IMG/VR virus record: IMGVR_UViG_3300025450_000016
Source: a virus
Strand: one strand, 5' to 3'
DNA: 64,000 nt
Below are positions 45,431 through 53,551 of this stretch, one piece after another; position 1 is the stretch's first letter, and every line of letters begins with the position of its first letter. The notes beneath the pieces are model-generated. The model saw only the letters and a list, made by a program, of their open reading frames with translations, had not been told where the DNA came from and ran no database searches. The position numbers were made by a program, and so were the translations under genes.

Positions 45431-46271
45431 AGTATTCTATCAATTCTTTGGTTGCGTATTTTTTGTCATAGTAGTGAACTGGATGGTATTGATTTTGATT
45501 GTTAATACGTATCATATCACCATCACGTTCGGCTACCACTGTTTCTAACCAGCTACGTGCATCACTCCAATTTTGTATGCCTGACTTCATATGTACAAAA
45601 TTGATAAAATCCATTGAAGGAATAGTACATAGCTCTTCGCCAATCAACAACGCTGTTACTGCATAAAGCACATCGGTGCTGGGAGTTTCCTCTCGACAAT
45701 TTTTAAATAAGTCTCGAACTTCTGCCCAGTTACGGTATACTGTTTCTGCCAAGGCAAAAAAGTTAAACGCTTCTTGACTGTATCTAAAATACATCAAACC
45801 ATTGTACACATCCGGCAATTCGTTATCGTCAAAAAATTGTCGATATTTTCTTACATCACTGGGTTTTCCCTGGTAGTTTTTACATCCTGTGCTGAGCACT
45901 ATATTGCGTAGTCTAAAAGCTGGCCACCAGTGATCTATACTGCCAGTAAACAACAAATCACTTTCTAGTTTGACAGTTTCTTTAAATGGCGATAGACGTA
46001 GTGCTTGATATTCATTAGCCAGTTTCCAATTGCTGGAAGGGTCATTATTATCGGTGGGCAAATCAATAATATAATCAAAAGTATTACGATGAAGGTCATT
46101 TACTTTCTCCCGTGTGGCCGCATCAACAATTACCGCATACCGGTTATTTTTCTGCGTTGCCTTGATGTTAAGAGCTTGCAGGTAAGCCAGCTCCAAATAA
46201 TCTACTGATGCTGTGTTCTGTGCAAACGTAACAAATCCTTGAGGTTCTCTACTCACACATGGTCTCCACAA
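45411..46271 (-). CDS. GT8-like glycosyltransferase
   Basis: Y...A...A..IK, SPF.ET..LESDL, Y.GL.YF, TD...A, FVHMK; start may be slightly downstream. Confidence 0.6.
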   Translation of the reverse strand: MWRPCVSREPQGFVTFAQNTASVDYLELAYLQALNIKATQKNNRYAVIVDAATREKVNDLHRNTFDYIIDLPTDNNDPSSNWKLANEYQALRLSPFKETVKLESDLLFTGSIDHWWPAFRLRNIVLSTGCKNYQGKPSDVRKYRQFFDDNELPDVYNGLMYFRYSQEAFNFFALAETVYRNWAEVRDLFKNCREETPSTDVLYAVTALLIGEELCTIPSMDFINFVHMKSGIQNWSDARSWLETVVAERDGDMIRINNQNQYHPVHYYDKKYATKELIEYYESRRN

Positions 46272-47094
46272 ATTGTTTAAACGAGTCAGTCAGCAGGTAA
46301 TCTTTATCTAATATATGCAGGCCTTGACGTGGCAGAATTGATGTTGTTGGATAAGTTCCATCTGACGACAAGGTATGGTTAATTTTTAACAGACTACCGA
46401 CAGGTTCTATAGATTCAATTTCGTGATAGATACTGAGCATTGTCCAAGGAATACTTTCTGATTCGTTTAGGCAGTAGCCGTTTAATATATTGTTTGCTAT
46501 GGCAAACGCATAATCATTTCTAAATCGATCGGTGGTTATATTATACAGAGCTCGATAATATCTGTAATTTCTTTGTATGCGTCCCACTAGATCAAACAGC
46601 ATACGACTGCGTTCACGTTTTCTAAACAACACCACTGTGGCCCATACAAAAGGTAAACTGGTATTGCCCATGACATCGTTATCATTGCCGGATGTTGATT
46701 GATTATGATGCATCAATTGATAATCAAATTCTGTTTCAAACAAGGTATTGATACTGCGGTCCAACACAAGATAATCGGTATCCAACAATACAGTTTCATC
46801 GTACGGGCTTAATTCATAAGCCAAGTATCGACCAAAATTGCGCCAGGCTATGGTTTGATTGTTGATAGCACCACGATAATTTACCTGTCCAGCATCGGGA
46901 GTCAGTCGAATGATGTGATCGTATGCAAAGGTAGGATTGCTGTCCAAATCTGTCACAATGGTCACAGGTAATCCTAGATTGTGTTGTATTAATCGACTGG
47001 ACTGATCGGCTATGGCAACATAATCTACTTTTTCGGTATTAAAGGCAAATACCAGTACGCCTCTAGACACGTCGGATACGTCGGAGTTCTGCAT
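46249..47094 (-). CDS. GT8-like glycosyltransferase
   Basis: G.L.FAFN, AY.LSPYDET.LLDTDY (DxD), WATV..F, RND.AF.IA, H. Confidence 0.65.
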   Translation of the reverse strand: MQNSDVSDVSRGVLVFAFNTEKVDYVAIADQSSRLIQHNLGLPVTIVTDLDSNPTFAYDHIIRLTPDAGQVNYRGAINNQTIAWRNFGRYLAYELSPYDETVLLDTDYLVLDRSINTLFETEFDYQLMHHNQSTSGNDNDVMGNTSLPFVWATVVLFRKRERSRMLFDLVGRIQRNYRYYRALYNITTDRFRNDYAFAIANNILNGYCLNESESIPWTMLSIYHEIESIEPVGSLLKINHTLSSDGTYPTTSILPRQGLHILDKDYLLTDSFKQFVETMCE

Positions 47095-47383
47095 ATTGTT
47101 GATGCCAGGTATTCATTACCTGCTGATAGTGTTCGGTGGCCATTTCAAGAAATGCCTGCTGATTGATTTTTATTGGATTACCGTAGGTATCTTCCAAAAA
47201 TAAACTGTCCGGATCTCCGCGCCAGGTTGATACAAAAGCATACAATTCGGGTGTAATTTTAAACAGTCCGCCGTTGCAGGCCATATGTAAATCGGCCTGT
47301 ATTTTTTCCCGTAAGATTTTTTTATTGGCCTGGTAGTTGGTAGCACGACGTACTTCGGTTGTAAGTTTTTCGATTTCGTTCAT
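47063..47383 (-). CDS. Hypothetical protein, first gene of the cluster
   Basis: 106-aa ORF directly after the promoter. Confidence 0.7.
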   Translation of the reverse strand: MNEIEKLTTEVRRATNYQANKKILREKIQADLHMACNGGLFKITPELYAFVSTWRGDPDSLFLEDTYGNPIKINQQAFLEMATEHYQQVMNTWHQQYAELRRIRRV

Positions 47384-47391
47384 GATAGAAT

Positions 47392-47437
47392 AAAAGGTGT
47401 AGATAGTTATTATACTATGCTACACCCTTAAGGTCAA
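47392..47437 (-). promoter_or_regulatory. Sigma70 promoter TTGACC-N17-TATAAT whose -10 lies in an inverted repeat (possible terminator overlap)
   Basis: Minus strand AAGGGTGTAG-C-ATAGT-ATAATA-ACTAT-CTACACCTTTT. Confidence 0.75.
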
Positions 47438-47448
47438 CCTGGTTGGGT

Positions 47449-48402
47449 TTAAGAAACGCTGACTGATCCCCAGCTAGCGCCTAAGAAATTGGATTCTGGG
47501 TATACCACGTCGATGCGATGATTCCAACTGACGTTAAAGTCTTTGTTACCAAAGTCGGATACTAATGCACCCATATGCACATACATTTTGAAATAAATTA
47601 CACTTCCGGCGTCGCCGTGACTGCCTTGTGTACCGTTTGAATACACATTGACTGCTGCCCAGTCGCCGCTGTATGGATAGTTGCTGCTGGTTATGTACAC
47701 AATTGATTGCTCAGTGGTGCCAGTGTTGTAGTATCCAATACTGGTGTTGTTGACAGTTTGGCTATAACCTGAACCGGTTCTACCGCCGTTGCTGTGAGCA
47801 CCGTAGTTGTTGATACTGCCAATGCAATTGATCAATGTGGTCAAGTCGCCGGCACGGCCATGGCCGCCATTGTTGGTAACGCTGGTAGTTACAAAGTTTA
47901 ATTTGCCGCCGGCATTGAAGAAATAACGTGCAGCATCAGCGCCGCCGCTGAATGTCACTGTGCGAACAGCATAATAATCTAAAGCAGCCGAAGTTGAACC
48001 AGAATTTGGGTTGAATGTGTACCCAGAACTTTGTGATGTGCTACCCTGGCTGGCGTAATTTAAACGATTGTCGTACAAGGTGCCCAATGCAGTTTGCAAA
48101 GCTGACATATAGGAAATTGTGTTACCTTGCACTACTGGAGTAATTAGTGCAGGATTTGGACTGCTAGTACCACTTTGGTGTTTGGACATATTGTTGACTG
48201 TGGTCATCAATGTTCCCCACTGTGTAGCTGTTACGTTGGTACCAGTGCTAGCTGACTGTGTAAAAGATTGTCCGTATCCAGCATCGCCATATCCAATTCC
48301 CCAAACTGCGTTCAATTGACCGCGGGTGGTTGATGGATTAGCGCCGACTAACGTGTTATTAAAGTCGCCTTGTGTAATTAGTCCGCCTTGCTGATATGCC
48401 AT
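47449..48402 (-). CDS. Virion structural or tail-associated protein
   Basis: G/S/T/N-rich; MAY..GG.I...D.N, WG.G....GYGQ, ARYFFNAGG; last gene of the tail module. Confidence 0.65.
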   Translation of the reverse strand: MAYQQGGLITQGDFNNTLVGANPSTTRGQLNAVWGIGYGDAGYGQSFTQSASTGTNVTATQWGTLMTTVNNMSKHQSGTSSPNPALITPVVQGNTISYMSALQTALGTLYDNRLNYASQGSTSQSSGYTFNPNSGSTSAALDYYAVRTVTFSGGADAARYFFNAGGKLNFVTTSVTNNGGHGRAGDLTTLINCIGSINNYGAHSNGGRTGSGYSQTVNNTSIGYYNTGTTEQSIVYITSSNYPYSGDWAAVNVYSNGTQGSHGDAGSVIYFKMYVHMGALVSDFGNKDFNVSWNHRIDVVYPESNFLGASWGSVSVS

Positions 48403-48419
48403 TTTATTTCCCTTTGTAC

Positions 48420-50153
48420 TTACGAATTTATTTTAACTATTGCTTCAATTATACCTTCACCCTCGTATGTTTTGTCAACCAAACTGCGTCCAATAACATT
48501 CCAAGGTGTTAATTCATGTGCTTGTCCGGCACGGGCTAACCCATTTCCGGCACTGACTAAACGACTGCCCTTGGCAATTAAACCAACGGCTCTTACAGGA
48601 ACACGTCCGCTCATTGCAATCGGTGGATGAGTAGCATCTGTGCCAGCAGTTGAATTCATTAAGTAAGCTGCATTAGTACTTATGACGCCAAACACTTTAT
48701 CGCTTAAATCAGCTACCACTTTAGTAATTTCTGCCGGGCCACCCATCTCTACCACAGTACCTGGCTCATATTCTGCGTCGGCTTCAAATCGTTCGGCTAT
48801 GTCAGCGTACTGTGCTTGAACTGATCTACCATACACAATATTAAATTGGTTGTTTTGAGTACCCAAATTGTAAAGTAGTGTGCTGGTTGGCACAATATTG
48901 CCTGTAACTGCGGTTGTTCCGTTCAACGTAGCATTGGTAAATGCCGCTGTGCCTGTTGCTGTCAACGCACCGCCAACAGATAAACCGCCGCCGATGATTG
49001 CAGAATTGACCTGAGCCACGTTGCCATATATGGTTCCCCAATAAGCGTTGGTAGCACCCAAATTGATAACTAAATTGGATGCTGGGGTCAAACTGTTGGT
49101 AATGGTCACTGTGGTAAATTTGGCCACGTTTGGCGTTATCAAACCAATTGGGGTATTTTGAATACCGCCGCCACTGACTGTTAAACTGCCACCCGATGTT
49201 GTGGCAATTTCTGAACCGTTGTATGTGGCATAACCAGTTAAATTTATAGTGCCGCTGGCGTTTAGATTGACAACATTACCCAAATTGGTAATATTTGGCT
49301 GGCTAGCCGTTAAAAGTGTACCGGTAAATCCTTGACTTGCACTGACCGAGCTGGCTGTTACTCCAGTGGCTGTTACACTGGTAGCAACCACGTTACCTGT
49401 CAGTGTGCCGTTGAGATTTGGACTGTTGACTGCTGTTGCTGTTACTGTGCCAGCTGATAATGTGGTACCAGTGATATCTGCAGCAACCAAACCGCCTGTG
49501 GTTGTTCTTTGTACCAATGTACTTGCTGTGGCGGCGGTGTCTTGAGTGTTTAATCCCAGTGCTGGTACATTTGTTGTGCTGAAATTTAAACCAGGTTTAA
49601 CATTACCAAACCCGGTTACTGCTGTTTGAAAAGGAACATCGTGTGATAAAATAGCGTAAATTGTACCGTTGATTTTGAACTGTACAACCACGTGTGTGCC
49701 CGACGATGTGTCAGTCATTGTGGCCGGGAAAGCACCTGTATCTGCTACACCCACTAGGGTTTGTGGACCAACTGTGATCCAGCTGGTACCGGAATATACT
49801 TTTAGCTGACTGTGTGTGGTATCAAACCATAAGTCGCCGCCCAGGGCACTTAGATCGCCCGGAGGACTGCTGAATGGGCTGGCAGTAGCACCAGTTGAAA
49901 TCTTCCAACTAGTACCGGAATATACTTTAAGAATGTTGTTTGTTGTGTCCCACCATAATTGTCCCTTGAGTGGGTTGGCTGGGCTGGTATTGTTGGAGAA
50001 ATTTTCCAACAATCTTACAAAATTGTCATTCAAAAACGCACCGTAGCCAGCGTAATTTTTGCCAATTAAAACTAAGCTGGTACTGGTATTATCTACTGTA
50101 CCGTCGCTGACAATAATTGATTCGCCGTCTGATTTGTTAATTGTATATGACAT
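48420..50153 (-). CDS. Tail fibre with C-terminal intramolecular-chaperone/autoproteolytic domain
   Basis: Shared fibre N-domain LLENF; YADIAE.F.....YEPGTVV, GVIST, GRVPV. Confidence 0.8.
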   Translation of the reverse strand: MSYTINKSDGESIIVSDGTVDNTSTSLVLIGKNYAGYGAFLNDNFVRLLENFSNNTSPANPLKGQLWWDTTNNILKVYSGTSWKISTGATASPFSSPPGDLSALGGDLWFDTTHSQLKVYSGTSWITVGPQTLVGVADTGAFPATMTDTSSGTHVVVQFKINGTIYAILSHDVPFQTAVTGFGNVKPGLNFSTTNVPALGLNTQDTAATASTLVQRTTTGGLVAADITGTTLSAGTVTATAVNSPNLNGTLTGNVVATSVTATGVTASSVSASQGFTGTLLTASQPNITNLGNVVNLNASGTINLTGYATYNGSEIATTSGGSLTVSGGGIQNTPIGLITPNVAKFTTVTITNSLTPASNLVINLGATNAYWGTIYGNVAQVNSAIIGGGLSVGGALTATGTAAFTNATLNGTTAVTGNIVPTSTLLYNLGTQNNQFNIVYGRSVQAQYADIAERFEADAEYEPGTVVEMGGPAEITKVVADLSDKVFGVISTNAAYLMNSTAGTDATHPPIAMSGRVPVRAVGLIAKGSRLVSAGNGLARAGQAHELTPWNVIGRSLVDKTYEGEGIIEAIVKINS

Positions 50154-50170
50154 CTTCTATCCTTTGATAA

Positions 50171-50178
50171 TATTTATG
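50171..50178 (-). promoter_or_regulatory. Late promoter-like CATAAATA
   Basis: Intergenic, just upstream of fibre ATG 50153; similar motifs at 52176-52183 and 55808-55815. Confidence 0.55.
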
Positions 50179-50201
50179 CTAATATTATTCATTTTTGCGT
50201 C

Positions 50202-52151
50202 TTAAATTACTTTCTGTATGTAATACAGAGCGTAATAACTTGGTGTAATATCTACGGCTGTTGCGCCGCCAGCGTTTGCTGTACTGCCCGACAAAGTTAT
50301 GCTGTGTGTATGTACATCAACCGGTGTTAATGTAGTGGTTGTGGCCACTGTGATTCCTGTTGTTGCTGTTTGAGTCTGGCTATTTCCAGAATCTGCGTTT
50401 AATCCGCCGGCACCTGTGTTGCCGCCACCTGCGTGTAGTGTTTGCGGTGTAGCGTAGGTGTGTGCGTGTCCAGCATCTGATACCACTGATGTGGATGTGG
50501 CAGTATGATTATGAGCTCCCGCTCCACTAGTAGTAGCTGTGATAGCATTGATACTGTGCGAGTGAGTTGGCATTTGTGTAGCTGTCAGTGTCACTGATGT
50601 GTTTCCACCAGTTGAGCCGGGGGTATAAGCGCCGCCAGCTGCAACAACAAACCGATCAACTAAATTTACTGTACCACCTTGGCCATTACAAATATGCCAG
50701 CCAAACGGAATAGTGTTGCCACTGTACATAATGATAGCACCAGTTGGCAACAAACTGTGTACAAACTGTGTGCTGGCAATTGAATCATTTTTTGTTGCTA
50801 CGTTTACGGTGGTTGCTAACGAATTTACTAAATTGGTGTTGGTAAACACATTGTTTGTACCAGCTACACCAGACACATTACCACCAGTGGCCTGTATGTT
50901 AGCAGTGGTCAATTGGCCAACTGTTCCGTTGGTTGCTGTTACTGTTGCCAAATTGGTAGCACTACCGCCGGTGATTTGTGCATTGGCAGTTGAGAAATTT
51001 GTGGCTGTTTCATTTACCACTGTGCTGTTTGTGATATTTACACTACCACCAGTGATTGCAACATTGCCAGATGCAAAATTGGCAATTTGTGCTGTGTTAG
51101 AATTTAAATTTGTCAGTGTGGACTGTGTGGCTGATAATGCAGTTAGTCCTGTTGCAGAGCCACCAGTTACAGTAACATTACTTGAGTTTAGATTTGTAAC
51201 CAAAGCTGTGGCAACTGTTAAATTGGTTAGATTGGCTGTGCCACCAGTGATTGCAACATTGCCAGATGCAAAATTGGCAACCTGTGCTGTGGTAGCAGAT
51301 AACGTTGCTAGTCCGGATACGGCGCCACCTGTAATTTGTGCGTTGACTGTGCTGACTGTGGTAGCTTGGACATTGGTCGATACCACGTTGCCAGTATGTG
51401 TGCCAAAACTGTTGCCGGTGACATTGCCAATGACATTTCCTGTCAATGTTCCGCTAATGGTTGATGCTATCACATTTCCTATAACTGTAGCAGCTTGAAC
51501 TGTGGTTCCTGCTACATTGCCTGTTAAATTACCAACCACGTTGGTGTTTATTGTTGCGCCAGCAATGGTATTGTTAATGGTAATTCCCGGATTGATTCGC
51601 GGAAATCCTGTGGCGAATCCCGAAGGAGTAAAAGATGTGTCGGTGCTAAATGTTGCAATAACAACGTTACCGTATTGCAATTTTAATATGTTGTGCGATA
51701 GCCCTGATGTACCTGCATCATCTACACTGACCGGAATAGCACCACTTACACCTTGTGCTTTTGTGTAGATCGGACCAACAGGTTTAAACTGCCCCTGGTC
51801 CCAAATACTCATTTGGTTGGTTGTAGTATTGAACCAAATGTCGCCATCTTTTGATATAGCGGGTTGAATACCCGAATTGGTAACACCTGATACTGGAACG
51901 TAACCCTGTGTTGTATAAACTTTTAAAATTTGATTGGTTTTATCAAAATACAGCTGACCTTGCAAAGAAATACCACTTGGAGATGTTGGGCCAGCAAAAT
52001 TTTCCAGTAAGTGTACTAGATTTTCGTTAAGAAGAGATCCATATCCTACAAAATTAGGACCAGGCAATGTCAACGCAGTGGTGGTATCTACTGTACCATC
52101 TTGTATGGTAATTAAATTAGTACCGTCTGCTTTAGTAACTGTGTATGGCAT
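50202..52151 (-). CDS. Tail fibre with phage tail-collar domain
   Basis: Shared N-domain; T/N/G-rich shaft; P.GAIIMYSG..IP.GW.ICNG, H.H motifs, P.YYAL.YI.K. Confidence 0.85.
   Translation of the reverse strand: MPYTVTKADGTNLITIQDGTVDTTTALTLPGPNFVGYGSLLNENLVHLLENFAGPTSPSGISLQGQLYFDKTNQILKVYTTQGYVPVSGVTNSGIQPAISKDGDIWFNTTTNQMSIWDQGQFKPVGPIYTKAQGVSGAIPVSVDDAGTSGLSHNILKLQYGNVVIATFSTDTSFTPSGFATGFPRINPGITINNTIAGATINTNVVGNLTGNVAGTTVQAATVIGNVIASTISGTLTGNVIGNVTGNSFGTHTGNVVSTNVQATTVSTVNAQITGGAVSGLATLSATTAQVANFASGNVAITGGTANLTNLTVATALVTNLNSSNVTVTGGSATGLTALSATQSTLTNLNSNTAQIANFASGNVAITGGSVNITNSTVVNETATNFSTANAQITGGSATNLATVTATNGTVGQLTTANIQATGGNVSGVAGTNNVFTNTNLVNSLATTVNVATKNDSIASTQFVHSLLPTGAIIMYSGNTIPFGWHICNGQGGTVNLVDRFVVAAGGAYTPGSTGGNTSVTLTATQMPTHSHSINAITATTSGAGAHNHTATSTSVVSDAGHAHTYATPQTLHAGGGNTGAGGLNADSGNSQTQTATTGITVATTTTLTPVDVHTHSITLSGSTANAGGATAVDITPSYYALYYIQKVI
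51046..51280. repeat. Exact 40-nt direct repeat in the fibre shaft (51046-51085 and 51241-51280)
   Basis: ccaccagtgattgcaacattgccagatgcaaaattggcaa twice, offset 195 nt (in frame). Confidence 0.9.
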
Positions 52152-52175
52152 ATATATTTTATCTTTGTTATTACT

Positions 52176-52183
52176 TATTTATC
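52176..52183 (-). promoter_or_regulatory. Late promoter-like GATAAATA
   Basis: Intergenic, upstream of ATG 52151. Confidence 0.55.
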
Positions 52184-52189
52184 GTATTT

Positions 52190-53548
52190 TTACGCTGTTA
52201 ATGTCCAGTTGCCCGGGGTACTCCACCGGTGCGTTACCCATCCATCATTGACTGTGATGCTGTCGCCGCCGGTAAAAAATGCCGATAGTGCTTGATATTG
52301 CACTATCACTGTGCCTGATCCCCCGGTACCACCATTGGTATAAGAGCTGTGCATACTACCACCCCCGCCGCCACCAGTGCCATCCTGTCCATTTCCGCCA
52401 TTTCCCACACCGCCTCCGCAGTTGGCATTTCCGCCAGGTCCTGTACCACCGGGTCCTTGATTTCCGTAGCCACCACCACCGCCTCCGGCCAATTGAAAAG
52501 TCAGACCGCCCTGGGTTATGGTTAAACCAGTACCGCCATCACCGCCGGTATCGCCGTTGCTTTGATTTCCCGGGCTGTTGTAGCCACCGCCGCCGCCACC
52601 ACCAGCTTGTCCATAGCCTTGCCAAATACCAGTTCCGCCGCTATTTCCTTGTCCGCTTACACCCGAGCCGCCACCGTGCGTATTTACATATCCGCAACCA
52701 CCGCCGCCTGAGCCGCCATCGCCCACTGTTTGGTTTGGAGTTCCCCAGCCACCGTTGCCGCCACCAATGGCCAACAACGGGTTTCCAGTAATTACTGGAG
52801 CTGTCATTCTGGTATGCCATACCACATTTCCGTAGCGATCGTAAAGGGCTGCAGCAAATAGTGCTGGTCCGCCATCATTGAGTGCCTGTACAGTAATTGT
52901 TTGCACCCCAGCATTGACAAAAAACGAACCTGATCCATTGGTACTGCCCCAATCGTCGTTGCCAACCACATAGTTACCATCCACGTACACTCTGATATGA
53001 TTGTCAGCCGATGCTGTGATAGTATAGTAGCCGCTGGTAGCAACATTTACGATGTAGTCCACTGTGACCCACGAGCCCACTGGGCTTACAAAATCTTGAC
53101 TGGTCCAAACTCCATATGTGTTTAGAAATCCGTTGTATACTGGGTATGTGCCAGCGTAAACTGGTCGATCGACTCCGCCAATTACACTTGGTTGTGGTGT
53201 TATTCCAAAATAACTATTTTGTCCACTGGCGTTTGCGCCACCGCCTGCACCCACTGTGACATAGTGCGGTTGACTGACAGAAAGCTCAACATTGTTTTGC
53301 ATCACTACGCCGCCGGCTCCGCCACCGCCTCCGCCTTCCCAACCGTAGCCAACACCTCCGCCACCGCCACCGGCAACTACAATTACATTGGCAAACACAT
53401 TGGGTGGCCAAAATTGTTGCCACTGTCCATTCTTTTTATTCCAACCAGCACGTATGCTCGATGCGTGTCCAGCCGACGTATTCACATAAGGCGCAGCAAC
53501 TGATTGCCACACGCCATTGTTGTTGACAAATATTCCGCGGCCGGCCAT
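52190..53548 (-). CDS. Glycine-rich adhesin-like virion protein with inserted lectin/PA14-like domain
   Basis: Poly-Gly segments flank a beta domain (ADN...VYVDG, NDGGPA). Confidence 0.7.
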   Translation of the reverse strand: MAGRGIFVNNNGVWQSVAAPYVNTSAGHASSIRAGWNKKNGQWQQFWPPNVFANVIVVAGGGGGGVGYGWEGGGGGGAGGVVMQNNVELSVSQPHYVTVGAGGGANASGQNSYFGITPQPSVIGGVDRPVYAGTYPVYNGFLNTYGVWTSQDFVSPVGSWVTVDYIVNVATSGYYTITASADNHIRVYVDGNYVVGNDDWGSTNGSGSFFVNAGVQTITVQALNDGGPALFAAALYDRYGNVVWHTRMTAPVITGNPLLAIGGGNGGWGTPNQTVGDGGSGGGGCGYVNTHGGGSGVSGQGNSGGTGIWQGYGQAGGGGGGGYNSPGNQSNGDTGGDGGTGLTITQGGLTFQLAGGGGGGYGNQGPGGTGPGGNANCGGGVGNGGNGQDGTGGGGGGSMHSSYTNGGTGGSGTVIVQYQALSAFFTGGDSITVNDGWVTHRWSTPGNWTLTA

Positions 53549-53551
53549 TGA

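Larger units (their letters stand above)
22936..47437 (-). other. Phage-encoded radical SAM/glycosyltransferase/carbamoyltransferase biosynthetic gene cluster
   Basis: About 27 abutting or overlapping genes behind one promoter, nearly all enzymes. Confidence 0.85.

Noticed and set aside
50713-52791. Long + strand ORFs (50713-51498, 52279-52791) and similar antisense ORFs such as 14893-15489 and 16268-16747
   Set aside because: Shadow frames of low-complexity or codon-biased minus-strand genes; no RBS or recognisable motifs
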